Source: a virus. From it: a stretch of DNA of 64,000 nt. The stretch spans positions 1 to 64,000 of IMG/VR virus record IMGVR_UViG_3300008267_000023. One strand, given 5' to 3'. Below the pieces are notes generated by a model that did no database searches, had not been told where the DNA came from, and was given only the letters and a program-made list of their open reading frames with translations. The stretch's first letter is position 1. Every line of letters starts with the position of its first letter. Both the position numbers and the translations under genes were made by a program. Below, in pieces: positions 48,193 through 57,163 of this stretch.

Positions 48193-49296
48193 ATGGAAAC
48201 CGCAATTGAACTGCTGAAATCTAAATACGGAACAGAGTTCGGAGTAGAGGCAGTTCGTGCTGTTGCTGATGAACTCGGAACCAGTTATGCAACTCTTTCC
48301 AAGAAACTTTCTAACTTTAAGGTTTCCCGAGGGAAGTGGAATCTTGAAATCACTCAAGACAAAATTGATGAACTTGAAGAAACTTACAATGCACCTTCTG
48401 TGAATCCTATCTCTACTGTTGAAAGTGTAAAACAAAACCTTATTCCTGATAAAGATGATACCTTCGTCAGCTTTGGCAACTTTACTGATGTTAAGAAAGT
48501 TGTTCAGTCTGGGATTTTTTATCCTGTATTCATCACTGGTCTCTCTGGTAATGGTAAAACTTTTAGCATTGAGCAATCTTGTGCTCAACTGAAAAGGGAA
48601 CTCATTCGTGTTAATATTACGATTGAGACTGACTCTGATGATTTGCTTGGTGGTTTCCGACTCGTGAACGGGGAAACTGTGTGGCACAATGGTCCCGTTG
48701 TTGAAGCAATGGAACGTGGTTCTATTCTTCTTCTGGATGAGATTGACCTGGCATCTAACAAGATTATGTGTCTGCAATCTGTTCTTGAGGGTAAAGGTGT
48801 ATTCCTCAAGAAAATTGGTAAGCACGTTGTGCCCAAAGCAGGTTTCAATGTGATTGCGACTGCTAACACTAAAGGTAAGGGTAGTGATGACGGTCGTTTT
48901 ATTGGCACCAATGTGCTCAATGAAGCATTCCTGGAACGATTCCCCATCACCTTCGAGCAAGAGTATCCTACTATCTCTGTTGAGACTAAAATCTTGACTA
49001 AAGTTGCAGAATCTCTTAACATTCCTATGGTTGGTGAGCACACCGATTTTATCAAGCACCTCTGCACCTGGTCTGAGATTATTCGCAAGACCTTCAACGA
49101 TGGTGGTATTGATGAAGTTATCAGCACTCGTCGTCTGGTCCATATCATCAAGGCATATTCTATCTTCGGTAAGAAGGACAAAGCAATCAAGGTTTGTCTG
49201 AATCGTTTTGATGATGAAACCAAGTCAACTTTTGTTGAGTTGTATGACAAGATTGATGCTGAATTTAAGCAAACCGAAACGCAGGAGGTGGGGTAA
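48193..49296 (+). CDS. cobS: MoxR/CobS-like AAA+ ATPase
   Basis: GLSGNGKT, LLLDEID, ATANTKG, NEAFLERF, ISTRRL. Confidence 0.9.
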   Translation: METAIELLKSKYGTEFGVEAVRAVADELGTSYATLSKKLSNFKVSRGKWNLEITQDKIDELEETYNAPSVNPISTVESVKQNLIPDKDDTFVSFGNFTDVKKVVQSGIFYPVFITGLSGNGKTFSIEQSCAQLKRELIRVNITIETDSDDLLGGFRLVNGETVWHNGPVVEAMERGSILLLDEIDLASNKIMCLQSVLEGKGVFLKKIGKHVVPKAGFNVIATANTKGKGSDDGRFIGTNVLNEAFLERFPITFEQEYPTISVETKILTKVAESLNIPMVGEHTDFIKHLCTWSEIIRKTFNDGGIDEVISTRRLVHIIKAYSIFGKKDKAIKVCLNRFDDETKSTFVELYDKIDAEFKQTETQEVG

Positions 49297-49345
49297 ACCC
49301 CCTTCCTGACTATATAAAAACGACCCTTCTACCCTTTTTCTTCCT

Positions 49346-49492
49346 ATGAGTTCCCTTTTCTTCGAGAAAGACGCAGATTCAATTTATGAGGAGTACCAGG
49401 TTACTTCTGAGAGTTCTAATGACCAGCAGCAAGACGAAGAAGAATATAGAGAAGATAAAATGGAACAGATGATTTCCCGACATGGTTACTGA
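49346..49492 (+). CDS. Small acidic protein (48 aa)
   Basis: Read manually. Confidence 0.5.
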   Translation: MSSLFFEKDADSIYEEYQVTSESSNDQQQDEEEYREDKMEQMISRHGY

Positions 49493-49502
49493 TGGAGGTT
49501 TT

Positions 49503-49643
49503 ATGTTTCAGGAAGTAGAAAAAAAGGTTAAAAAAGAGCAAATTGAAGAACTTAAGCAGTTTGCCGAATATCTTGGTGTTGACTTTGAAGATTATCTAGA
49601 GTATCTTCATCCAGATGTTGATTTTGATGACTATTCACGGTAA
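49503..49643 (+). CDS. Small acidic protein (46 aa)
   Basis: GGAGG RBS; FAEYLGVDFEDY. Confidence 0.65.
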   Translation: MFQEVEKKVKKEQIEELKQFAEYLGVDFEDYLEYLHPDVDFDDYSR

Positions 49644-49648
49644 TTTTT

Positions 49649-50245
49649 GTGCAAAAAATTATTGAGCATACAAAATTTATTCATGAATATCAAGATATCG
49701 CATCTGAGAAAGAATGCGATGAGATTAGGAATTTAATTTCATCTTCAAAGATTATTGATGAGTGTCTAAGTAATAGTACACCAAGGACAAAGGTGAGAAA
49801 TAATTCGTGTGTGAGTGTAACTATGTTGGCACCACAAGATTCTGCCTTAAAAAAAGCAGATGACATGATTCATAGTATTTTTTCAAAGGCTCATCATCAC
49901 TATGTAACTAATAATAAAAATTATTTTTCGATTGAAACTGCAGAGCATCTTCATCAATTATCGTGTTCTTATACATATAGAACATATGATGAGAGTGATT
50001 ACTATGACTGGCACATTGACAGTTCTCATATGTGCCAATTTGTTTTTTCTTATATTCTTTATTTGAATGATGATTTTTGTGGGGGAGACACTTTGTTTCT
50101 TTTTCAGAAATTAAAAGTAAAACCAAAAACTGGTAGTATGCTTTGTTTTCCTTGTGATTTTCAAACAGTTCATAAGTCAACTCCAATCAAAAAAGGAAAA
50201 AAAGATATTATCTGGACATGCATGGAATTTTATCCTAGGAATTGA
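49649..50245 (+). CDS. 2OG-Fe(II) oxygenase
   Basis: WHID, LYLNDDF.GGDT.F, FP..H. Confidence 0.85.
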   Translation: MQKIIEHTKFIHEYQDIASEKECDEIRNLISSSKIIDECLSNSTPRTKVRNNSCVSVTMLAPQDSALKKADDMIHSIFSKAHHHYVTNNKNYFSIETAEHLHQLSCSYTYRTYDESDYYDWHIDSSHMCQFVFSYILYLNDDFCGGDTLFLFQKLKVKPKTGSMLCFPCDFQTVHKSTPIKKGKKDIIWTCMEFYPRN

Positions 50246-50251
50246 TACATT

Positions 50252-50416
50252 ATGGAAGAGCAGATGGATGGTTACATTAGTTCGAATGGTCTTTGGGCTG
50301 CTGTACCTTGGGGGAAAAAATATATCTCCATTTATAACGGAGAACAAATTTGTGTTCATCATACACTAGAAACTGCCAAAAAATTTATCCAAAAACAAAA
50401 CAGAAACAAAAAATGA
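50252..50416 (+). CDS. Hypothetical protein (54 aa)
   Basis: Read manually; GLWAAVPW; ATGA overlap with next gene. Confidence 0.6.
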   Translation: MEEQMDGYISSNGLWAAVPWGKKYISIYNGEQICVHHTLETAKKFIQKQNRNKK

Positions 50417-50658
50417 TTACCTTACTTTACAATATACATCAAGAAGATGATAGAGTAACTGTAACCGCAATTGTTGAAGATGCTAGAGTGATTTTTCCTG
50501 CAACTAGGTTTGAACCAGAAGAATATGGCCCTGCATTATGTGAAGCATCTTTTTACCTAGATGAAGAAGAAGTTCTACCAACAGAGGATGAAGAATTGAT
50601 TAATTATTTGGAAAATTTGAACTTGGATTGGGAAGTAATTTCTATGGATGATTATTAA
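50413..50658 (+). CDS. Hypothetical protein
   Basis: PEEYGPALC motif. Confidence 0.7.
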   Translation: MITLLYNIHQEDDRVTVTAIVEDARVIFPATRFEPEEYGPALCEASFYLDEEEVLPTEDEELINYLENLNLDWEVISMDDY

Positions 50659-50699
50659 CAAATATTAAGTTTAAATATTATTAGAGCTGAGGTAAAGAA

Positions 50700-50870
50700 A
50701 TGGTTGTATTACTTTCCACAACCATCATAAGTTGTACACAGGCACTTAATTTAATTAATCGAGTTTCTTCTGTTGTAGGATTGACAGATTTACAAAGAAA
50801 GGAAATAGTGTTAGAGTTGAAAAAGGTAATTCCGTCTTGCCCAGTAAAAATAAACAATAAGGAGAAATAG
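50700..50870 (+). CDS. Small two-Cys protein, similar to 4587..4793
   Basis: GAGG RBS; ISCTQALNL...LELKKVIPSC. Confidence 0.65.
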   Translation: MVVLLSTTIISCTQALNLINRVSSVVGLTDLQRKEIVLELKKVIPSCPVKINNKEK

Positions 50871-50871
50871 T

Positions 50872-51069
50872 ATGGAAAAACCATATTTTATATACGATGC
50901 CGAGTCAAAAAAAGATAAATGGAATCGTGGTTTAGATTTGTTTATTGAGAGTGTTCATAAACCAGATAATGAACTGAGGCAAGCAGCACATGATCAAAAA
51001 TGTTTTCATGAATTGATGGATGTGAGAGAAAACGTTTTAGAGTATCTTAAAACTATTAGATGGGACTGA
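50872..51069 (+). CDS. Hypothetical protein
   Basis: AGGAG RBS; WNRGLDLFIESV. Confidence 0.7.
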   Translation: MEKPYFIYDAESKKDKWNRGLDLFIESVHKPDNELRQAAHDQKCFHELMDVRENVLEYLKTIRWD

Positions 51070-51641
51070 TGGAAGATTATAACCCTTCATTTGAGATTCT
51101 TCATTTTTCTTATCGTCATTGGAAATCGTATCACGAAGAGGGATGCTATAATGTAAACCTTGTCTTTCGTGCATCTGATACTGATGACGAGTATTATAGT
51201 TCAAAGCAAAGGTTTATGCATGAGACTGAAGAATGGCATAAATCTGAAATTGTTCAAGACCTTGAACTGGAACAAAAATATATACACGGTCTTGCGGCAA
51301 AGATTAAAAAAACAGGTAAAGATTTATTTGATGGTTGGAGAGAAGAAAAGGAAAGTGAAGACTTTGATCCAAATGAGTTAGTTGAAATTGATATTGTAAA
51401 TGAAGAAGGAATAGATAGGGAAGATGTTTATATTAAAGGATATCAAAGAAACGAATCAATGATGCTTCAATACATTGAAAAATTCAATGTATTTCGTTTT
51501 TATGAATTTTTTGAAATCAATCCAGCAACAAAAGGAATTATTGGGTATATTGAAGAATTGAGAAAACTAAACAATCCCGATCAGTATCATTCTGGTCAAT
51601 TCCTAAGAGCAATTAAATCTTTAGAAAATTGGTGGGACTAA
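51069..51641 (+). CDS. Hypothetical protein
   Basis: TGATG coupling. Confidence 0.7.
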   Translation: MEDYNPSFEILHFSYRHWKSYHEEGCYNVNLVFRASDTDDEYYSSKQRFMHETEEWHKSEIVQDLELEQKYIHGLAAKIKKTGKDLFDGWREEKESEDFDPNELVEIDIVNEEGIDREDVYIKGYQRNESMMLQYIEKFNVFRFYEFFEINPATKGIIGYIEELRKLNNPDQYHSGQFLRAIKSLENWWD

Positions 51642-51881
51642 ATGGAAATCTACTACTTTTGGTTTTTTCTTTTTGCTATAACGGCATATTTTGTTGTAAC
51701 TGATGAAAGTGTTGCTAAACTTGTAGATTATGCAACTAAGTTGTTACGATTTCAATATGAAAAAACTAAATGGTGGATACTTCATAATCCAAAAACTCCC
51801 TGGGCAAAATATTCAATACATCGTCGTTCGATGAGACTTGCAGAAGAATTACTAAAAGACTTAGAATCAAAATCTAAATAA
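51642..51881 (+). CDS. Hypothetical membrane protein
   Basis: N-terminal hydrophobic stretch. Confidence 0.65.
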   Translation: MEIYYFWFFLFAITAYFVVTDESVAKLVDYATKLLRFQYEKTKWWILHNPKTPWAKYSIHRRSMRLAEELLKDLESKSK

Positions 51882-51906
51882 AAAAAATATAACAATTTGA
51901 TTAATT

Positions 51907-52590
51907 ATGGAAATTACTAGACAATTTCAATACGATCTTCCCGACGATTATCTATCATATGAAACTACTTTGGGATTAAAAGCTGATTGGACTTATACTG
52001 GACCAGATAAAGTTTGGGTTTTTATAGACAAAAAAACAAATAAATTAATAAGACAGGAGGGTTTTATAGAATACTGTGATGATTTGGACTATGAATTCCA
52101 AAAGGTTGCAATGGATAGACGTGCTGGAATAAGTTCTTATGCAGTATTACTTGAATTTGAAAATGATCCATTACTCACTTCTGCAGTTGTAGTTCCTCCA
52201 CCAGAAATGAAGGATATGGACGTAAAAAATTATTATCATCATGAAACTGGTGAATGGATTTATGCGAGACCAAATCCAACTACACCTTGCCATACGATTG
52301 AAATTGGGGATTGTGAATATGATTTAGAAAAAAATCAATTCAAAAAACCATATCCTTGGAAGAAACCACATCTGAATAGAGAAGACTATATAATTGGTTA
52401 TAAAAATCAATTAGAGTTTCTACAAAAATTAGATACATCAAATTTTACTGAAAAGCAAAAAGAATTATGGGAAAAATTCATGCCAGAGTATGAAAATCTT
52501 TTAGTGAAATATGAAAGATATTTGGATACTCCTTGGATGATTAGAGGACCAGAGATTCCCATTTACAGTAAAGATTGGGATACTTTGTAA
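51907..52590 (+). CDS. Hypothetical protein
   Basis: 227-aa ORF, TAAATA upstream. Confidence 0.7.
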   Translation: MEITRQFQYDLPDDYLSYETTLGLKADWTYTGPDKVWVFIDKKTNKLIRQEGFIEYCDDLDYEFQKVAMDRRAGISSYAVLLEFENDPLLTSAVVVPPPEMKDMDVKNYYHHETGEWIYARPNPTTPCHTIEIGDCEYDLEKNQFKKPYPWKKPHLNREDYIIGYKNQLEFLQKLDTSNFTEKQKELWEKFMPEYENLLVKYERYLDTPWMIRGPEIPIYSKDWDTL

Positions 52591-52620
52591 AAAATAAATA
52601 ACCATGTTAGAGGATAAAAC

Positions 52621-52935
52621 ATGCTTTCTACACAATACCGTCTTCGTCTTGAATCAATCTGTGAGAAAATTGCTCTACATGAGGAAGTAAGTCTTGATGA
52701 TATGATTTGGGCAGAAAAACTTGCTAAAGCAAATAGAACTGCTGGAACTATTCTACGTCAAGCAAGACGTAAGGCAGAAAATCCAGAGATGAATGAAATG
52801 GATGATTTTTTAAATCAACTTGATATTGGTGGATTTGGAAATGAAAGACACGGAAAAAGGGGATTTGATAGTATAGATGATATGATAGATTGGTGGACAG
52901 AGGATAAACCAGATGATTGGAGGCAGAGAGATTAA
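52621..52935 (+). CDS. Conserved cyanophage hypothetical protein
   Basis: MLSTQYRLRLE..DWRQRD. Confidence 0.75.
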   Translation: MLSTQYRLRLESICEKIALHEEVSLDDMIWAEKLAKANRTAGTILRQARRKAENPEMNEMDDFLNQLDIGGFGNERHGKRGFDSIDDMIDWWTEDKPDDWRQRD

Positions 52936-53168
52936 TGCAAGCAGTTCTTTATACAGATGGAAGTCAAGAGTGCGAACGCATTCGTATGCTTCTTAAAAGT
53001 TTGGGTGGAGAATATTTAGAGTATCAACTTGGTGTTGATTTTAGTGATAGGCAATTTAGAGCAGAATTTGGAAAAGATGCTGTATATCCTCAGATCACGG
53101 TTAATCATGAACATATTGGTAGTCTAAAAGAAACATTGCAATATTTTAAGGAGAGAAACTTGATTTGA
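52935..53168 (+). CDS. Glutaredoxin-like protein (single Cys)
   Basis: SQECER, EFG..A.YPQI, HIG. Confidence 0.7.
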   Translation: MQAVLYTDGSQECERIRMLLKSLGGEYLEYQLGVDFSDRQFRAEFGKDAVYPQITVNHEHIGSLKETLQYFKERNLI

Positions 53169-53176
53169 AGTTTCTC

Positions 53177-53205
53177 TTGACAAATAAAAACCATAGATGT
53201 ACAGT
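53177..53205 (+). promoter_or_regulatory. sigma70-like promoter
   Basis: TTGACA-17-TACAGT. Confidence 0.55.
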
Positions 53206-53226
53206 AAATGTATATATTTTTTTATC

Positions 53227-53433
53227 ATGAACTATAAACCTTATACTTTAGAGTGGTCAAGAAAAAGATACTTAAATGAAGCAATTCAAAAGTATTTTGA
53301 ATCTGGAGTTGATGCCGAAATTATTGTGGATGATATTATTGATTGTTTAAGTGAAACACTTGCACACCATAATACACAATCAGAAAAGATTCAAATTGTT
53401 ATGGATTCAATTAATAAATTTCGCAATGACTGA
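53227..53433 (+). CDS. Hypothetical protein
   Basis: MNYKPYTLEWSRKRYL. Confidence 0.65.
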   Translation: MNYKPYTLEWSRKRYLNEAIQKYFESGVDAEIIVDDIIDCLSETLAHHNTQSEKIQIVMDSINKFRND

Positions 53434-53653
53434 AGATACTTTTGTGCCACCATTTGTTATTGGTGAAAACGTAAAATTTATTGGATGCTCAAAGGAGCAA
53501 ATCCGTTGGGGAAATAATGATGATCCTAATGGTGTTTTGATGGTCGAAAAAATTTATAAAGTGGTTGAAGTGGATATTCATTCTCAACACACAAAAATTT
53601 CAGTTCAGGGAGTAATTGGAAGATTCAATAGTGTATGCTTTGCCAGTGTTTGA
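53426..53653 (+). CDS. Hypothetical protein
   Basis: WGNNDDP..HSQHTK..FNSVCF. Confidence 0.7.
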   Translation: MTEDTFVPPFVIGENVKFIGCSKEQIRWGNNDDPNGVLMVEKIYKVVEVDIHSQHTKISVQGVIGRFNSVCFASV

Positions 53654-53697
53654 ACTGGCACAGAACCTGTCCCATTGACCTTAACCCGTGCTATAAT
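53641..53697 (+). promoter_or_regulatory. Perfect palindrome plus extended -10 promoter
   Basis: TGCCAGT-N6-ACTGGCA, 31 nt, TATAAT (53692) preceded by TG. Confidence 0.7.
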
Positions 53698-53727
53698 AAA
53701 GAGGAAGAAAAGCAACGTTCCTTCTTG

Positions 53728-54042
53728 ATGGTTGAGACTCTAATTGCTGGATTGACTTGTGGAATTGCAACTTTTTACGGACTAGGAGACGGATTTCATG
53801 GACAAACTACGGCAAATGGTGAGCGGTTTGATGCTTATCGTTGGACTGCAGCTCATCCTTATCTACCTATGGGCACACGCATACGGGTGACCAATCAGGA
53901 TAATCTAAAACAAGTAGTTGTTCGCATCAATGACCGTGGACCTTATTCACACGCAGACTTAGATTTGAGTTATGCTGCTTTTAGCCATATTGCTTCTCCT
54001 CGTAGGGGGAATGCTGTTGTATGTTTCCGTATTATTGGATAG
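53728..54042 (+). CDS. rlpA: RlpA-like lytic transglycosylase (DPBB)
   Basis: GFHGQTTANGERFD..TAAH..LP.GT..VRINDRGPY..DLS. Confidence 0.9.
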   Translation: MVETLIAGLTCGIATFYGLGDGFHGQTTANGERFDAYRWTAAHPYLPMGTRIRVTNQDNLKQVVVRINDRGPYSHADLDLSYAAFSHIASPRRGNAVVCFRIIG

Positions 54043-54047
54043 AAAAA

Positions 54048-54323
54048 ATGACTGAGAAAAAACCTACTTCTAAGAAAACTACTCCTAAAAAAGCAGCAAC
54101 ACCAAAGAAAAAGCAAACACCACAATTAAAAATTACGGAGTCCGATAAGCAGTCATTTCCTTATAATCAGTTCCCTGTAAAGATTATACATAAAGATGGC
54201 AAGGATTTATGCGAAACAAAAACTTGCTATTTTCAAAGTGAACATTACGCACAAAAGTATATCACTCGATGCAATTTCAAGAAAACAGATTATCAAATCT
54301 TCATGAAACCGAAAACCAAGTGA
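54048..54323 (+). CDS. Hypothetical basic protein
   Basis: KTCYFQSEHYA.KYI.R. Confidence 0.65.
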   Translation: MTEKKPTSKKTTPKKAATPKKKQTPQLKITESDKQSFPYNQFPVKIIHKDGKDLCETKTCYFQSEHYAQKYITRCNFKKTDYQIFMKPKTK

Positions 54324-54550
54324 AAAAAGAAAAAACTCCTTGGAGGTGGTGGGCAAAGGCATTGGGTGAAAAAGCATCCAAATGCGATAAAGAATCTGAT
54401 AAAATTGCAATGATTAGAACAATAATTTTTGCTACTTATCTAATTACTAACTGTTTTATTGTTGCTGGTGTAATTCGGCATTGGAATGATGAAACACAAA
54501 TTATAATTCAAGTTGAAGGAGTTGACTATGGAACCCAAGTTGTACGATGA
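54320..54550 (+). CDS. Hypothetical membrane protein
   Basis: WRWWAKALGEKA..TNCFIVAGVIRHW. Confidence 0.7.
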   Translation: MKKEKTPWRWWAKALGEKASKCDKESDKIAMIRTIIFATYLITNCFIVAGVIRHWNDETQIIIQVEGVDYGTQVVR

Positions 54551-54734
54551 TTGCTTTTATGTCCAACAAAAAAAGTATGGTCTTTGGTATTCCACTGACA
54601 AAGATGGGAACGGACTTATCACATCTCTCTCTGAAGAGCAATGTGTATCAGCAACCCGTTTTTACCTTAAAGGACGGCAGGAAGGTTTCATTGAATCCAA
54701 AGTTTATGAAGGTGAAGTAGGAGGAAAACTTTAA
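54528..54734 (+). CDS. Hypothetical protein
   Basis: AAGGAG RBS; YEGEVGGKL end. Confidence 0.7.
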   Translation: MEPKLYDDCFYVQQKKYGLWYSTDKDGNGLITSLSEEQCVSATRFYLKGRQEGFIESKVYEGEVGGKL

Positions 54735-54740
54735 ATTAAA

Positions 54741-55844
54741 ATGAATCTAGAATTAAAAGAAAAAAAGTATAAAATTATAAAAAATTTTATAGACAAACAA
54801 CGTGCTATTGATTTAGCAGAGGAGTTCGAAACTTATTGTGAAAAAAATGATGTAGAAGTAGATACTCAAGTAAATAATGCATTATCACATTATAACTATC
54901 CGTCATTTTTAGAGTTATTGGTGGAAAAAGTAAGTGATGTTTCTTCGTTAGTTGATGAAAATGTTCTTCCGACATATTCTTATTCTAGATTTTATAAAAA
55001 TAAAAGTGTTTTAGAACCACATGTAGATAGAGGTTCTTGTGAAATATCATTGACCGTGCATCTTCATGGTGACAAACCTTGGGAATTTTATATTGTAGAC
55101 GGTGATAAAAAAGAGTATATTTTGCTTGAACCAGGTGACGCAATCTTATACTTGGGAATGGAGATTGTTCATGGTAGAGAACAATATGAAGGAGAAAAAT
55201 ATTTTCAAGTTTTCTTGCATTATGTAAAATCTAAAGGTCAATATTCAAATCTATACTTTGATAATAAAAAATTTCAAAAATCAAAATTGAGTGAAAGTGA
55301 TTATATTAAAGTTTACGATAATATGATTGATAGTGACTTATGCGATAAATTAATTGAAGAGTTTTCTGATGATGAGTGGGTTCATTCTGGTCTAGGACAT
55401 GAAGATAATATTGATTTAAGTATAAGAAATTGCAAATCTGTGCAATTATCATTAAATGAATTTATAGATAGAAATAAAAAAACAAGAAAACTCTTAGATG
55501 AAATGATGTTTGAATGTGCATCTAATGCCATCAAAAAGTACATGGAAGAATTTTCAGATTTAGAAATCAAATCTGATACTGGATACACCATGTTAAAATA
55601 TGAAGAAGGTGGATTTTATATTCAACATACCGATTCATTTAAAGAACAACCAAGAACAATATCTTGTTCATTTATAATAAATGATGATTATGATGGAGGA
55701 GAATTTGCATTCTTTGATAGGAAATTAAAGTACAAATTAAAAAAGGGTTCTGTTTTGATGTTCCCTTCTAATTTTATGTTTCCTCATGAAATTATGCCAG
55801 TAAAAAGTGGCACAAGGTATTCCGTTATTACTTGGTTTATATAA
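54741..55844 (+). CDS. Tandem two-domain 2OG-Fe(II) oxygenase
   Basis: HVDR..CEIS..HGRE..QVFLHYV and HTD..NDDYDGGEF..FPHE..GTRYS. Confidence 0.85.
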   Translation: MNLELKEKKYKIIKNFIDKQRAIDLAEEFETYCEKNDVEVDTQVNNALSHYNYPSFLELLVEKVSDVSSLVDENVLPTYSYSRFYKNKSVLEPHVDRGSCEISLTVHLHGDKPWEFYIVDGDKKEYILLEPGDAILYLGMEIVHGREQYEGEKYFQVFLHYVKSKGQYSNLYFDNKKFQKSKLSESDYIKVYDNMIDSDLCDKLIEEFSDDEWVHSGLGHEDNIDLSIRNCKSVQLSLNEFIDRNKKTRKLLDEMMFECASNAIKKYMEEFSDLEIKSDTGYTMLKYEEGGFYIQHTDSFKEQPRTISCSFIINDDYDGGEFAFFDRKLKYKLKKGSVLMFPSNFMFPHEIMPVKSGTRYSVITWFI

Positions 55845-55979
55845 ATGCAAAAAGAATATCATACTCAAATTGTTATTCTTCTTACAATTTTAATTTTGAT
55901 TGACATCTCAATCATAGGTGGTATACTTTGGAAGGGACACGCAAATTTTATTGAAGTTTACAAGCATTTAAAAACATGA
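55845..55979 (+). CDS. Small membrane protein (44 aa)
   Basis: Read manually; TM helix. Confidence 0.55.
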   Translation: MQKEYHTQIVILLTILILIDISIIGGILWKGHANFIEVYKHLKT

Positions 55980-56107
55980 CACAACGTACTTACACTCAAA
56001 AAGATGGAACTATCTGGGAATGGACTGAAACTCCAGAAGTCGCAAAAGAAATTCAAAATTATTGGAAAGTAGTAAAGCAAAATGAATCCCAAACCCCTAA
56101 CACCTGA
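55976..56107 (+). CDS. Small hypothetical protein (43 aa)
   Basis: ATGA overlap; KDGTIWEWTETPE. Confidence 0.55.
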   Translation: MTQRTYTQKDGTIWEWTETPEVAKEIQNYWKVVKQNESQTPNT

Positions 56108-56303
56108 AGAAGTTCAAAAGGCAGCAGAACAATTCTTTCCATTGTTTGATATTGTTAATCAACGTATGCCATCAGGTTCTAAAACAGAAGACACTCTTAA
56201 AGTAATGGAAACAGTTTGTACGTTAGCACAAAAACTCCGATTAGAAGAAGAGAAAACACAATTTGGTTTTAATAAAAAAACACAAGATTCTGATTCTGAA
56301 TAA
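56082..56303 (+). CDS. Hypothetical protein
   Basis: 73-aa ORF. Confidence 0.65.
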   Translation: MNPKPLTPEEVQKAAEQFFPLFDIVNQRMPSGSKTEDTLKVMETVCTLAQKLRLEEEKTQFGFNKKTQDSDSE

Positions 56304-56317
56304 CCAAAATTTTTATT

Positions 56318-56830
56318 ATGAATATCTTTGCAACTTCTCCTTTTCCTGCTGAGAGTGCCATCTGCCTACCAGATAAACACGTTGTTAAGATGCCCCTTGA
56401 GTGCTGTCAAATGCTCTCCATCGTAGCATCAGATAAATGGGGTCATGGATATGGTCCTCTGTATAAGACTGATAATACTCCATACAAGACGGAAAAAGGT
56501 GCATTCCGAAATCATCCCTGCACTAAATGGGCAACGGAAAATATTCATAATGCATATTGGTTGATTAAGCATGGACTGAACTTGTGCGATGAGTACTGTC
56601 TTCGTTATGATAAGACCCATGCTTGTTACAAAACTTTAGTTGATGCCTATTATTTGTTCCCAAAAGGTAAAATAACTAGTATAACTCCATTTGCGAGGGC
56701 AATGCCTGATGAGTATAAACTTGACACAAGCATTGATACTTTTACTGCTTACAAGATGTATATCGCATCCAAACCTTGGGTTGCATCTAATTATCTTCGT
56801 ATGCCAGAACGAAAACCTGATTGGGTATAA
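56318..56830 (+). CDS. Pyrimidine-dimer glycosylase/endonuclease V-like family protein
   Basis: MNIF..DKHVVKMPLECCQML, NHPCTKW, AMPD. Confidence 0.7.
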   Translation: MNIFATSPFPAESAICLPDKHVVKMPLECCQMLSIVASDKWGHGYGPLYKTDNTPYKTEKGAFRNHPCTKWATENIHNAYWLIKHGLNLCDEYCLRYDKTHACYKTLVDAYYLFPKGKITSITPFARAMPDEYKLDTSIDTFTAYKMYIASKPWVASNYLRMPERKPDWV

Positions 56831-56833
56831 AAA

Positions 56834-57163
56834 ATGAAAGAATGGATTAAAAGTCTTTTCGACTATAAATTTACAAATCACGATGAAGAGTCAACAAAGT
56901 ATTTCATCGATAAGGTTACAGGAAGTGAATATAACATTGCTGATTTGATAATTTTACTATCAAATCAGTTGGACGAACTTCAAGAAAAATATAAAGGTCT
57001 TCTCAATGATGTCAAGAGACTAGAAGAAGAGAATGTTGAATTAACAAATTCTTTGTATGAGATTGAAAACAAATTAGAATCTAGGATTGACAAGATTCAT
57101 CCTGTTGTTTACAATTTTAATGAAAATAAAAGTCTAGATAAATTTACCCTTGGAGATGCATGA
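56834..57163 (+). CDS. Hypothetical coiled-coil protein
   Basis: LEEENVELTNSLYE. Confidence 0.65.
   Translation: MKEWIKSLFDYKFTNHDEESTKYFIDKVTGSEYNIADLIILLSNQLDELQEKYKGLLNDVKRLEEENVELTNSLYEIENKLESRIDKIHPVVYNFNENKSLDKFTLGDA

Noticed and set aside
47983-49250. 386-aa and 221-aa antisense ORFs
   Set aside because: Shadows of the MoxR ATPase gene.
53675-53680. TTGACC as the -35 of the rlpA promoter
   Set aside because: Only 11 nt from TATAAT.
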